The notes under the pieces are model-generated. The model was not told the origin of the DNA. It searched no databases and saw only the letters and a list, made by a program, of their open reading frames with translations. From the NCBI GenBank assembly GCA_028023455.1, contig JAQFVV010000005.1, forward strand, positions 21,576,001-21,640,000: a DNA stretch of 64,000 nucleotides, in the 5' to 3' direction. This document shows, one piece after another, positions 1 through 12,914 of the stretch. A program made the position numbers and the translations under genes. The stretch is from Epiperipatus broadwayi (taxonomy: Eukaryota; Animalia; Onychophora). Position 1 is the first letter of the stretch, and each line of letters begins with the position of its first letter.

Positions 1-181
1 CCTTGCCTTGTCCAGCTTGTCTTCAAAGATTTAAATATCTATGCTGTACTTCACACCCCCTATATCTGTTTGCTATTAAATAATGGATGTCAATAATCAT
101 GTGAAATGATTATATCATTTCAATGTGCATATATATTTCAATATTTAGGTTAGTTAGGGTACATTGTTACAAATCTTTTAC

Positions 182-1004
182 AATGTACCTTTATAAGTAA
201 ATAAGCATTTATTTTTATACGACGCTATGTGTACAATTATATTACATTCAAAGATCAGCCTTTCAAGCTAATTGTGCATGCGTCTTTTGATAGTGTTAAA
301 TAATAAAGGAATACTTCCCTCCACAATACAAGATATAGTATTTATGCAGGAATAAAAGGAATCTTTTATTCCTACAACTCAAATTCTTTTATATGAGCAA
401 ATCTGAAGTACTGTTGAGGAAAGCGTGAGAGTAGAATTCTCACTTTAAATTACTATCTACAATGTTGTAATGAATGACGTTGGTGAAATTGTCTAGAATT
501 TACTAAACGTCACTCTAAGTGAAACTTAATTATAAGTAAATAAGCATTTATTTTTATATGATGCTATGTGTACAATTGTATTACATTCAAAGATCAGCCT
601 TTCAAGCTAATTGTGCATGCGTCTTTTGAGAGTGTTAAATAATAAATGAATACTTCCCTCCACAATACAAGATATAGTATTTATGCAGGAATAAAAGGAA
701 TCTCTTATTCCTATGACTCAAATTCTTTTATATGGGCAAATCTGAAGTAAATGCTTATTTACTTATAATTAAGTTTCAGTTAGAGTGACGTTCAGTAAAT
801 TCTAGACAAGTAATTTAAAGTGAGTACTTCAGATTTGCTCATATAAAAGAATTTGAGTCATAGGAATAAGAGATTCCTTTTATTCCTGCATAAATACTAT
901 ATCTTGTATTGTGGAGAGAAGTATTCATTTATTATTTAACACTCTCAAAAGACACATGCACAATTAGCTTGAAAGGCTGATCTTTGAATGTAATGTACCT
1001 TTAT
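182..1004. repeat. Family A compound palindromic insertion
   Basis: Direct copies at about 194-410 and 531-749, inverted copy at about 825-993; 13-bp direct repeat aatgtacctttat at 182-194 and 992-1004. Confidence 0.8.
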
Positions 1005-1424
1005 CTAAAATATTTCTTCTTCTTTTTACAAATTTAGTGATTATATTCAGACCTAAAGTAGTAATGGCATATGTCTTAATGTTTTATTATTTAAGTGAAT
1101 TAGTAAATTGAGCTAATTGACAATGCCAGACACATTCATAATTGTTTTATGGATGATATTCTTTATTCAGGTAGAAGACGACACTGAATTATATGTTATC
1201 GAGAGTCAATTTGAAGGATTTTATACTGTAATGTAGAAATCAATGTATTATCCTTATTTATCTACATTCTGAAGTTCAAATATGAATGAAGCTTGGGATT
1301 TTTTAAAAGGGTCATCTCATAGCCAACATGGTTAAGTGTGAAGTTACTCTTAATTGAATTCTCTAGTATGTATGATCAATCAAAAAAAACCCATTCTTTG
1401 AATCAGTTAAGAAAGAACTTTTAA

Positions 1425-2420
1425 TATGACCCATCTTCAACCAGTTGAGGGAGCAGTTATAACATTGTGAACCAATTGAGGGAATAGTTATAATCTAACT
1501 TACTTTCAAACTATTGATGGATTAATTTTAATATGACACACCTACAACCAATTAAGAAACTGTTGTAATATGACATATCTTCAACAAGTTGAAAGAACAG
1601 TTATAATATAACTCATTCACTATCAACCAGTTGACTTGAAATGTTGTGATATAACATACTTTCAGCAATTGGGGAACAGTTATAATATGACACAATCTCA
1701 ACTTGTTGAAGTAGTAGGTGTACTATGATACAACTTCAATAAGTTAAAGGAACAGTTCTAATGTGAAACATTTTCAATCAGTTCCGTGAGCAATTATAAT
1801 ATGATTCACCTTCAATCTGTTAAGGTAGCAGTTGTAATTATCACATACCTTCAACCAATTGAGAGAACAGTTGTTACATGACATACCTTCAACCAATTGT
1901 GAGAACAGTGGTAACTTGACATATCTTCAACCAGTTATGGAAACATTTAATCTGTTGAAGAAGGAATTGTATTTGGTACACCAACTAAATGAGAAAGCAG
2001 TTGTAATATGGCACACTTTTGGAAAGTGCAGAGAGAAGTTATAATATAACACATCATGAACCAGTTAAAGGAACAGTTGTAATATAACACACCTTCAACT
2101 TGCTAAAAGAATAGTTTTAATCCAGCTAATATAGTGATAACTTTTATTTATTAATCTAATTTTTAGTTGTTATATTGTTTTTCTTTTTGACATTATTGAA
2201 TTTTTTTTCAAACACTAGATTGGGATTTCATGCACAAACCTTCTGGCATCCATTGATTACTCTGGTTGGCACAGGTGGCACTACTGTATGGAGAGTTTTG
2301 CCTGTTTAATAACAGTTATGTGCTAGCATAAGAGATGGTGATCATGTGATGTTTAGTGGTTTAACCTCTTCAACCAGTTGAAAGAGGAGTTGTAATGTAC
2401 ACTTCTTTAAATAGCTGAGG
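1425..2420. repeat. Degenerate minisatellite, unit about 40 bp, interrupted at about 2110-2365
   Basis: Recurrent accttcaaccagttga...cagttataatatgac. Confidence 0.75.
2213..2358 (+). mobile_element. Family B 3' fragment with tail, no partner arm
   Basis: Matches 43340-43485 and 57490-57640. Confidence 0.8.
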
Positions 2421-2637
2421 GCAGAGGCCTGATTTAATTTAAAAAAATTTACTAGTCACATAATTTGGTCTATCTTTTGATAATTTAAAAGTTTCCAAGA
2501 CTTGAATCTTCAATGCCTTAGAATTTTGAAACTGGACATATCTACTTTGAATCCAATTCAGTCATCATACTTGAAATAAATAAATTATATTTTATCAATA
2601 CATAACTTTTTTTTTTTAATTTTGTACTTTTTTCTAG

Positions 2638-2841
2638 ATCAGGGAACCAACTGTCTCTCTGAATGAAAGCCAATGTTATCGTATTGGTATCGCAAGAGCA
2701 ATCTATTCTAAAAGTGACATCTATCTTTTTGATAACCCATTGTTCAGTTTAGATGTGACTTTTGCCCGAGAATTTTTTCAAAAAATAATACAAACTATTC
2801 TTCAAGAAAAAACAGTTTTAATTAGCAGCAACCAAGTTCAG
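2638..2841 (+). CDS. ABCC/MRP transporter exon: NBD1 signature-Walker B-H loop region
   Basis: tttctag|ATC...CAG|gtatgt, phase 0-0; IREPTVSLNESQCYRIGIARAIYSKSDIYLFDNPLFSLDV...KTVLISSNQVQ aligns to ABCC IGERGxNLSGGQxQRIxLARAxYSxxDIYLLDDPLSAxD...KTxLxVTHQLQ. Confidence 0.9.
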
Positions 2842-3182
2842 GTATGTAACTGTACTACTTTCATTTCAACCTACAATAAAAAGTTAATTATTTTATTTAT
2901 CATTTACTAGTACATTTTATTTCTAATTTTATTATTTATTGTGTTATTTTGTTTATCACATATTAATGCAATAATCTTCAAATTTTTTATAAATCCAAAT
3001 AACATTAAATAAGGATATTTAATTATTCAGAAGTACAATAGATGGCTCTGGAATAGAATGAAGAAAAAGTAATATAAATAAAGAATAACTGGTTTGTCAC
3101 TCAGGAATCATAAAATGTTCAAGCATAAGAATGACCTATGATTGATTTAACTCTTAGTTCACCATTTCTCTACTGATCCAGA

Positions 3183-4025
3183 TTGTATAATTTAATGGAA
3201 AAGATAGAGTCTGAAGGCCCATTAGAAGAAATTGGTCAATTAAAAGAAGCTAACATGTTCAGTGATACGGAACTAAGTGAGAACGGTTCAACTCAAATGG
3301 GTAAAATAACACAAGGTGCAAGTTTCAAAAGGAAAAATCAGAATGGCTCTGGTTCGCAAACTGATGAGCATAGTGTTGTGGGCTCAAACATTGATCTATG
3401 TGGTGAGCAAGAAAAGAAAACTGAGGGTCTCTCAAGGAGAAAGAGAAAAAGGAAAAGAAGACGGAAGAAGAAGCTGGCTCAACAGGAGTCAGGGGATGAG
3501 ATGGAAACTGAATCAGAAGGTCAGATAGTCAATGATCCAGAGATAATGGAACATGACATTTTAGCTCATCCCATGATCTTCAAATGTATTGTTGAATCTA
3601 AAGGGGCATGCCTTTTTTGGAAGGGGCATGTATGTAGCGAGAGTGAAATAGGGCAGGTAATTTCAGAAGAGGCAGATAATCCAGAGGAAAAAATCGATAA
3701 CATAGAAGAGCAATGGAGTGATGAGGCTCATAGTGACAGGTCCAGAAGTGGGCAAGGTGAAGTAGCCCAGATTATCTCAGAAAAGTCTGATAATCTGGTA
3801 GAAGAACTTGATAATGTAGAAGATCAATGGAGTGATGAGGCTTGTAGTGACAGAAGCGAGGAAGTAGATGGTTGTCCAAAGGAAATGCAGCAACAAATTA
3901 GTACTAGCTCTGTGTGTACTGATGAAATGGAAGAAATCACAAATGATGAAGAAATAAGCTCACAAGAGGAAAATTTTGAAGAAGATTCAGAACAGGAAAG
4001 CGATGGAAATTCAGAAACAGTTTAA
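3183..4025 (+). CDS. Intronic acidic ORF with basic NLS-like cluster, function unknown (possibly transposon-derived)
   Basis: 843 nt stop-free; RRKRKRKRRRKKK cluster; internal duplication of about 30 aa; AATAAA/poly(A) about 220 nt downstream. Confidence 0.35.
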   Translation: MYNLMEKIESEGPLEEIGQLKEANMFSDTELSENGSTQMGKITQGASFKRKNQNGSGSQTDEHSVVGSNIDLCGEQEKKTEGLSRRKRKRKRRRKKKLAQQESGDEMETESEGQIVNDPEIMEHDILAHPMIFKCIVESKGACLFWKGHVCSESEIGQVISEEADNPEEKIDNIEEQWSDEAHSDRSRSGQGEVAQIISEKSDNLVEELDNVEDQWSDEACSDRSEEVDGCPKEMQQQISTSSVCTDEMEEITNDEEISSQEENFEEDSEQESDGNSETV

Positions 4026-5971
4026 AGTATGAATTCCATAGATGGAGTTTATACAAAGATATGGCAACATGGATGAAGTTCTAAGGATCTGTGAATTAAA
4101 GGTCTTGGAAATTCAAAGACTCTTATGAATCAATGGAGAAGACTAGGATTATTGACTGTGCTATGATCTCAAGATTTCTTTAAACAAATGTATTTACATC
4201 ATGTAGCGGGTGATCAGTCACCTGCATTTTTTTTTCCCTTAATAAAAAAAAAAAAACTATATATATATAAAAAAAAAAGATAGAGATTTTATGTTTTGTT
4301 TAGGTCTTTATATAAGGAATACGAAGATAAGATAGTAGAAATTAATGAAACAGCATTTATTAAAACTGGATAATGGGGAACAAAGACATGAATCAGTATA
4401 GTAAGAATGCTATGCTAATTAAAACTAGATGAATTTATTATGGTACATAATAGTTTCAGGAAATGGAAGTTTAACTTAGCTCACGGGCTTTTTTGGCATA
4501 TGATTCTAAACACAGAGACTGCTGACTTTATTCAAAAAGAAGCCATTTTATATCATCTCATTTTATTACTAATGATAAACATATATTAACATTGTAAGTG
4601 AAGAAGACCATGTGATACTTTGTTATTAGTTATTATTTTTGAATAATAAAAAAAAATAGCATTTGGAATAAAATCTGATGAACAAATTTACAATACCAGA
4701 CATTTAAAAATAGAAAATATACTAATTTTTTTTTGGTACCAAAGACATCTGATATGGATCATGAAAATATATCAGTAACATCCCCCCTCCCTTCAAAATT
4801 AAGACTTTAATGATAAGTATGAGTTACAGACATTTAGGTTTAATTTTGATCATTATTTTATGTCAGCTTATAAATCTGAAATGAATCAATTATAGTAAAG
4901 ATATCAAGACTGAGAATTTGATCATCTTTCTGGCCAATTAAAAACCACTGGGATTCTAGATTGATGTAGAAACTGAGGTCTGACTTTTATGTACAATAAT
5001 GAATTTTAACTCTTAGAAATTAGACAGTAGATAGATGGATGAACGAGATGGGAGGACGAGCAAATAGAGACCAAATGTCCAAGTGGATGGATTAATGGAT
5101 GGACAGATAGACATATAGGTGAACTGCATGTGTCAAATAGATGGAAAGATGAATATAAAGAGTTTAGATAGATGGATGGTTATAAATATAGATAAATAGA
5201 CATATGGATAATTGGGAGGGGGTAGATAAGCAGAATGATGAGGAACAAACATAAATTTCAAAAGAATTTTTTATTTGTTTAGTAATTCTGGTTAACTATG
5301 TCTAATGAACATTATATTGTCAAAAATATAAACATTATTCACATTGTATTAAAAAATAATAATCTATTGATTTATTGCTCTGGATTCATAAAAAGTTTGA
5401 GCGCAGAACATAATGGATCTGGTAATAATCCATGGACTTTGAATTCTACAGTCTGCCACTCTACAACTGCACTAAACCATTTAGGATAAATTGTAAAAAC
5501 ATAACACTAATGAATTACATGTTTTTAACTTTCTCTTGTATTTAAATAATTAGTTTCCATCAGCCATAGTAACATAAGTAATATTAATATATCCAATTCT
5601 GTGTGCATTTTTAAAATATGAAAGTAATATACACATTTTTTTTTCAATCTCATTTGACAATACCAAAAATCATGTTCATTCTACATTCATTTCAAATTTT
5701 ATTATATGTAAATAATTTGTTTGTATATAATAAAATTTAAAATAAAAAAAGTTCTGCTTAATTTTTAACATTTTATATAAATGATCAATTGTTACAGTTT
5801 TGTTTGTGTTAAATTTTCAGTGAAAATAATATGTGGCTAATGTTTGTTTTTAAAGAATGTCTTAAAGTTACTTATTTTTTAAGAATAATAAATTCACAGA
5901 ATGACTTATTACCGCTTATTTTTAAATGTAATTGTATTTCAAAATTAGCATGTTTGATTATTTTAATAAAG

Positions 5972-6110
5972 TACCTTCAGGATTGCGATGAAATTCTTTT
6001 AATCAAAGATGGTGTCGTTAAGGAAGTTGGAAATCATCCAGAACTAATTCTTCGAAGCCCGGAATATGCTTCACTTGCTGCTAAACAAATCATGGCTGAT
6101 GATATTGAAA
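5972..6110 (+). CDS. ABCC exon: end of NBD1
   Basis: aag|TAC...GAA A|gtaatt, phase 0-1; YLQDCDEILLIKDGVVKEVGNHPELILRSPEYA resembles the YLxDCDExxxMKEGxIxERGTHxEL segment of the ABCC5/11/12 group. Confidence 0.9.
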
Positions 6111-7265
6111 GTAATTATTTTTACTGTGATTATTTTAATTTTGTTATTAGTACTGCTATAAATTTTTCTGTTTGTCTATTGACGCCATTTACATTTTAAT
6201 TTTTGTTAGTTATATTGGTTTCTTTTTGCCCTTATTTTAGACGATTTCTGCTCATTTATTATTTTTATATGCATATAATTTATCATTATTATTTATTTCA
6301 CTATTTTATTTTATGACTTTATTTTAAAATGCATTTTTGTAACTTTAGTCCTAAAATGTTTGACCACCTGGTGAACATAAAAGTAAATATAACAGTGTTA
6401 ACTGTGTACAGTCTTTTAAGCTTTATTGATTTACATAGTACTTACCACGGAGCGAAAGAAAAACAAATGGATAAAAAATAAAGTCTCTGCATTTATTATT
6501 GAATTCGTGATTTTAAATAAAATTTTAAAAAATAATATATTTTGCATTGAAAATAATTTATTTGCTACAAAATATTGTTTAACAAAAAAATATATCCATG
6601 ACAAACCAAACGTATACAGAAATTTATGACAAACGTATATTAATTAAATATCGATTACTTTTATTTCTGATACATCTTGTGCATGGATTATTTTTTGCTT
6701 TTTATTATTATTTAATTACACATTTTTATTGAAAAATTTATTTTCTTAATTTTAAATATACATTTGTAACAATAAATAAATGCGGGCATTTCTTAGGAAT
6801 TTTCATTTCTATATCCATTTCACTATCACAGATGTAATTTTTATTATTATTAAATAATTTATTTTGATTGGTAACAATAGGCTTTGAGCACTCCATCATC
6901 AGATTTTCAATGGTATGGATGGCTGAAGAGTTGGAGGGTACAGAAAATTGAAACCTAACCATTAAAATTTAAACATTTGCTATCTTATTAATATAAACTG
7001 ACCACTGATTATATATGTGTGAGAAATGATGGTGTGGACAACTGGTGAGTGCTGTTTCAGCACAATTACAGATTTTGGAGATCATTTATCTTTTTCACAT
7101 GTATGTGGTGATGTATATCAGTTATACTGTATAACAGGCATGGCCAAGACGTGGCCGATTATTGACTGATTGTTCACAATGACTCTGAAAGTAGACTGAA
7201 AAGCTGTCACAAACATTGACAAATTATAGTGATAAATTCAGAATTGATTTGAATATAAAAAATAC

Positions 7266-7670
7266 AAAAAACAAAACTAAGCAATTATTTTATCAAGCGC
7301 CGTGTTTACAATTATATTACATTCAAATATCAGCCTTTCAAGCTAATTGAGCACGCGCCTTATGAGAGTGTTAAATAAATGAATACTTTCCTCTTCAATC
7401 CAAGATATAGTATTTATGCAGGAATAAAAAGGATCCTCTTATTCCTACAACTCAAATTTAAAGTGAGATTCTACTCACGCTCTCCTCAACAGTTCTTCAG
7501 ATTTGCTCATATAAAAGAATTTGAGTTGTAGGAATAAGAGGATCCTTTTTATTCCTGCATAAATACTATATCTTGGATTGAAGAGGAAAGTATTCATTTA
7601 TTTAACACTCTCATAAGGCGCGTGCTCAATTAGCTTGAACGGCTGATATTTGAATGTAAAAAATAAAACT
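7266..7670. repeat. Family A palindrome
   Basis: Arms about 7317-7458 / 7518-7659; 13-bp flanks aaaaaa(c/t)aaaact. Confidence 0.85.
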
Positions 7671-10003
7671 TCAAAATAAGTCGGGCTTGCATTTTCTAAT
7701 TAGCGATTTTCGGCTTCAACTTATGATAACGTGAAAACCATACATACTACGCATTCGTATTTTGCATCATTCGATTCAACATCCATTTTTCTTTCAGACA
7801 ATGTAATTTTCATTTTTGTATGATATAAAATAAAGATTTTATGATGATTTTTTAAAATAGTACTTTTTTTCATTTTTGCTATCCTTACGGTTTAATGTTT
7901 ACCGAGAAATTTATAGCGGAGCATTATTCTTGATTTCTCCTCATGGGGCTGACAAAAATAATTTTTGCTAATGATTTCTTAAAAGTAATAGAAATTATAT
8001 TATCTAAAAAAATTAAGGTGCCATCTTTGCTCATAAATATAGAGATTACCTTTACCACAGGATCTTTTTTGTGATGAATTAGACTTTTGACTTTATTAAT
8101 ACATTTTCAGTCACTCCTAAGCAAATTTTTTTAGTTATTATTTTATAGAAAAATAGATGGAAAAAATCTTTATGATATTCCTTTTATATGTTTTCTTGTC
8201 TAAATTTTAACAATAAAAAAATACCAAATATTAAAAGTAAAAAATTGTAATAAAATTTAGCCCAATTAGATATATATGGGTGACCACAGTTATATATGTA
8301 AACATGACCATTGCAATGTAAACTTTAGAGCTGTGTATCAGATACATAGAGAAGTATAGTTAATAAAACTATTAAGAAATTTACCAATTACAGATAACAT
8401 TTAATAATGTCATTCAAAATCAATAAAGAGATTTCAAATGATGGTTCTGTGGCAGATAGCTATTAAGAACTAGGTTCAAATTATGGATCTGTGCAGATAG
8501 CTATAACATCCATGTGTACCATATAGTTTTTCATAGATAAAAATACAACTTTTGATATCTGGTTACTCAGGTTGTGTTCTTAGTAGTTTCATAATATTCC
8601 AAAAAGAAAGTACTGTATTGCCTACTTAGAAAAAAGGCATGAAAATTTTATTTATTGACTAGAATGCTGATTAGATACAAACTACTGTTCAGAGAGATTA
8701 CTTTATTGTTTATTAACTGAAATAGGTAATGCATTCTACAAACTTTACCTCATTTATCTTTATTCAGGAATGTTATCTGATATGGCAGTTTCTGCAACAT
8801 TGTTCTACATTGTTGCTTTGACTTTGTGATTGGATGAGGAGTCATGAATAGTTCTAATGAATAAGGTACATCAACATTTTTAATTTCTTGAATTTTTTTT
8901 TTAAATTTAGGACCAGCTCTAGAAAATAATTATTTATAGGTAATTTAATAATTGTAATTTAATAAATATTTTATAAAGTAATATGGACAAATTGTAATAC
9001 TAAAGGGAGCTGAGGTAATTTAATAGTAGTCATAGTAAAATATCTTTGACAGTTTGTATCTTATAGAAAAAAAATCATCAGTTTATAAGTATCTCCTAAA
9101 AATATCATCAATATTTGTGAGTACCTAAAAAGCCCTTGAAATATATATATAAAAAAAACACCAATTCATAAGTACATTCTAAAAAACCATGACTTCGAAC
9201 TGTTATTTTTTTTTGTTCCAGCAAAAATATTTTTCCTGGTTTCTAGTTTGAAGTCATGAAAAAAACATAGTAGCCCTCAGGTACACTTTCACCAAAAAAG
9301 TAGCCTCCAGCACATAAAAGTTTGGCCACCCCTGCTGTATAATAAGATGGGGTGGATATCTGAAGGGAGCTTGAACCTTTGTATTCAAATCCCCTATAAT
9401 TACATCTAAAGTTTAGTTTATACATTATACTTGTATTCAAATATTAAGAAAATATTTTATAAAAATGTTTTTATTTAATTTGATGGGAAATGCCCACCAC
9501 CACCACAATTTGATTATTATATGTAATTTGAAATAAAAACATGGAGTTGTCCATAAGCTAATTATTTCAATAGTCTATTTTGCAACTGACATTTTGTAAC
9601 TTCATATTCAAATTTAAAACTGAGAATTTAAACAATGTTGCTTTATTTCCAGTATTTGGAATGAAATTTATATGTCTTAAAAATCATTAACAAAATTTAT
9701 AAAAATAGCATTATGAAAAAGGCAAGTTTTGGTTAACAATCAAGAAAAATCAAAGTTTCAATCTGCATTTGTTTTCTTTCTATTTTAATTAACTGTAAAC
9801 ATTAGTCATGAAATTCAATGAAAGCATAGTTTTAAAATATATACCACTATATTATACTCGTTATTGAAAACTTACTTTAACCAATAGCAATGCATTTTGA
9901 AATTTAGCCCACCAGCACTGTTAGATTACACAACCATATAAACAGTTCTGAAATCCTCATAAGGTATGTTTGAAATCTGTTACAAGATTTGACCTAAACA
10001 AAC

Positions 10004-10382
10004 AAAAAGAATTAAAGCCAATAAACATCACATGATCGCCACTTCTTATGCTTGTGTATAACTGTTGTTAAAACAGACAAAACTCACTATATATATTGCC
10101 ACACCCAGCAAGCTAGAGTAATCAATGGATGCCAGAAGGCTTGTGCATAAAATCCCCATCTAGTGCCTACTCATCCAATATCCCCAGACTAGTTTCTGGC
10201 TTATGGCCTTCGTCAGTGGATCTGACGAAGGCCATAAGCCAGAAACTAGTCTGGGGATATTGGATGAGTAGGCACTAGATGGGGATTTTATGCACAAGCC
10301 TTCTGGCATCCATTGATTACTCTAGCTTGCTGAGTGTGCAAAATATATAGTGAGTTTTGCCTGTTTTAAAAACAGAATTAAA
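10004..10382. mobile_element. Family B palindrome
   Basis: Arms about 10066-10216 / 10222-10371, 5-nt loop; 13-bp TSD aaa(a/c)agaattaaa. Confidence 0.9.
10181..10221 (-). ncRNA. Hammerhead (family B, left arm of hairpin); core repeated on + from 10222
   Basis: UCCA-CUGACGA-AGGC cauaa GCCA-GAAAC ua GUC^-UGGG. Confidence 0.65.
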
Positions 10383-11555
10383 TTAAATAAAAGCATTAAA
10401 AAAAACTTTTATTGCAAAATATATTATTTTCATGACTTTATTTAATACTGTTATTTTTTTTTTGTTGATTGGTTTTTTTCTGCTTCATAACAAATATTAT
10501 GTAGTTCCATAAAGTGAGTAGATTACGCTTTATATTAGCACCAATTGCTATATTCACTGTAGGTATTTACCTTTTCCTTTGGGTCTGTGTTTATAGTTTT
10601 TAATATTGAAAACCAACAATTTCTAGCATAGTCTGCCTTTGATCTTGTTGATAATTCTTGGAAAGGGTTAGCCTTCCCTGGGAAAATATGCCCTTAATTT
10701 TATCTCATAAGATAGTTTTTGTAATTTTAATGAGGTACTCTTAATACAAGGACCTTGTGCTACAATGATAGTGTATTTTGCTGCTATGTCTATGATCTGG
10801 ATTCAAATATAAACCAAATAAAGTTTTAAACAATTTCAACAGGTTTAGAATTTTTCTTCCAGGTGGTCAGATCATATATAATCTAATTAAGGCATTTAAT
10901 ATTGGTCACTAAGTAGGTATCTAGATAATTTTAGCTGGAGGATAAAACAAAACTTCACCATCTGGAAGTTAGTGAGTAATACTATCTCCTTCATTGTTCC
11001 TCTATGAAAAGCTTTTGAAGAAACCTTTGCTTTGCAAGGGACTATTTTAAGGTCATTTGTCTATCTACTCTTAATAAGTTGCATTTCTTTTTTTACAGTT
11101 GCTGATATTTATTTATCTTTTGGGTCATTTTAAATAACTAATTGAATATTTCTTAAATCAAACAATTTTTCATTGTTTTAAAATACTTATTTATTTCTTT
11201 TGTAATTTTATCATCAACATTTCCATTTACTATTGCTTTTTTTTGTACATTTTAAAATTATTCTCTCTCTTTTGTTAATATCTCTAATATTTTATCCAGC
11301 CATTCAATTATAATGTTGTGAATTTTTCTTAATTTTAGCCTCAATAATGAATTTTTCCAAACTATAAAACTCTGTATCATATTTAAAATATAATACAGCT
11401 GATCAATTAAATAACAATAATGTAAATAGCCAATGGCACATACAGGCTAATCAAATAACTAAATTAATAAATCTGGTAGAGTAAAGTAGAAAGGTTATTT
11501 ATAAAACTGGATGATTTAGCAAATGAATTAATTTGACAATATGCACAATGGACAC

Positions 11556-11932
11556 AATAAGCAGAAGCATATACTCTTATTCTTCTCCTTTACTTTCTTT
11601 GCATTTCTTCATATATTCATATATATTGCTTATAATAACATCTCTCATACACTTTAATGCAAAAAAAAAAATTTTTTTTAAAAAAAACTTCATTTTCCTG
11701 ACAGTTTCGACTGTCCAACAGTCTTCATCAGAGCTATATATGTATGCATATTATATATATGAAGTAATGGTTATGTATTTATATCATTCAAAAATTGTAG
11801 CTCTGATGAAGACTGCTGGACAGTCGAAACTGCTGTCAGGAAAATAAAGAAATTTTTTTTAAAAAAAATTTTTGCATTAAAGTGTATATGAGAGAAGTTA
11901 TTATAAGCAATATATATGAATAAACAGAAACA
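11556..11932. mobile_element. Family C palindrome (hammerhead matches the autonomous Penelope)
   Basis: Arms about 11613-11736 / 11797-11923; 14-bp flanks with 2 mismatches. Confidence 0.85.
11798..11840 (+). ncRNA. Hammerhead core (family C, right arm); mirror copy on - at 11697-11736
   Basis: CUGAUGA-A-GACUG cugga CAGUC-GAAAC ugcu GUC; stem I poorly paired. Confidence 0.65.
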
Positions 11933-12801
11933 GTTATTCATGTTCAAGTTCAGAGTGGGAGGCTGCTGATGGCACATAGTATTATATTTTCTAACTGATC
12001 TGGAAGTGTTTGATTTACTAGAATGAGTCACAGCATTCTTCCATATTACTGGCAACTGCTCATTTACAATCTCACTAAGTCATTATTGGTGAATTCTTAT
12101 AACTATTATATATATATTATTAATGTAAATAAATGAAATAAATGATTTGAAGTTACTTCAGTTGGATCTTAGTTATTTATTAGCCACAAAGTATTTTTGA
12201 CGGCAAAATATGTATATAATAAACACACATACACATATATATTGAAATAATAACTCTTCTATCTCAATCGTATTTCTTTTAAACACAGTGTTTGGCAAAT
12301 TATAAATCAATGTTTAGCTTATTAAGTTTTTTTTATATATGTTTGTATTATATAAGCACACGTTGATAAAGATCTATGTATATAATTAATTTATGTTAAT
12401 TTTATCTTCGTTTTAAAGAGATAAAGAAACTCTTTATCTTTTTAACTCAAATCATTTTTAATAAATCTGTTTAGAATTTATGTTAAAGGAACAACGTTTA
12501 TTAAATAATAATCTATAAAACTTTTCTCAATTATTTTTTTTTTTATCAGTTAAAACTCTTGAAACATTTTTTTAAAGGTTTATTCCAATTTTTGAAAATG
12601 TTGAATTTCAATTAATAATATTTTAAGGGTCATCTATAAACGAGCAGATTTATTTGATTCAAAAAAATTGTAAATACTGAATGAATGAAAATAATTACTT
12701 GATTATCTAATTAGAAAATTGTATTAACAGGGTAATTACTGGTTTTATTAATTTAAAAAAATTGGTAAATGAGTGGTTTGTTAATTAAATAAAATTTGGT
12801 A

Positions 12802-12914
12802 GTTAAGCGTTGGTGGTCGAGTGTTCAGCACAATTGCAGCACAGCTGCTTTACAAGCAGTTGTCTCGGGTTAGCGGGTTCACTTCCCGGCGATGCTATGA
12901 CACATGAAAAAATA
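12802..12914 (+). mobile_element. tRNA-Val(TAC)-like SINE
   Basis: A box tggtcgagtg, ctgctttacaagcag anticodon arm, B-box-like gggttcacttcc, A-rich tail, 15-bp TSD aaataaaatttggta. Confidence 0.75.

Noticed and set aside
400-450. Hammerhead in family A (ctgaagta/ctgaagaa...gaaag)
   Set aside because: No adequate stem I or III and no NUH triplet.
1171-1227. Possible upstream ABCC exon (VEDDTELYVIESQFEGFYT)
   Set aside because: Splice sites are plausible, but similarity to the expected DLxxLPxGDxTE segment is too weak.
5831-5971. N-terminal part of ORF 5831-6199 and most other short track ORFs
   Set aside because: Intron read-through or chance ORFs in AT-rich and repeat DNA.
10560-11200. Retroviral/Gypsy integrase remnant on the - strand
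   Set aside because: Only scattered motifs across stops; cannot be supported by eye.
12802-12914. Functional tRNA-Val genes (also 22243, 37931)
   Set aside because: Disrupted cloverleaf, shared non-tRNA tail and a TSD indicate a SINE.
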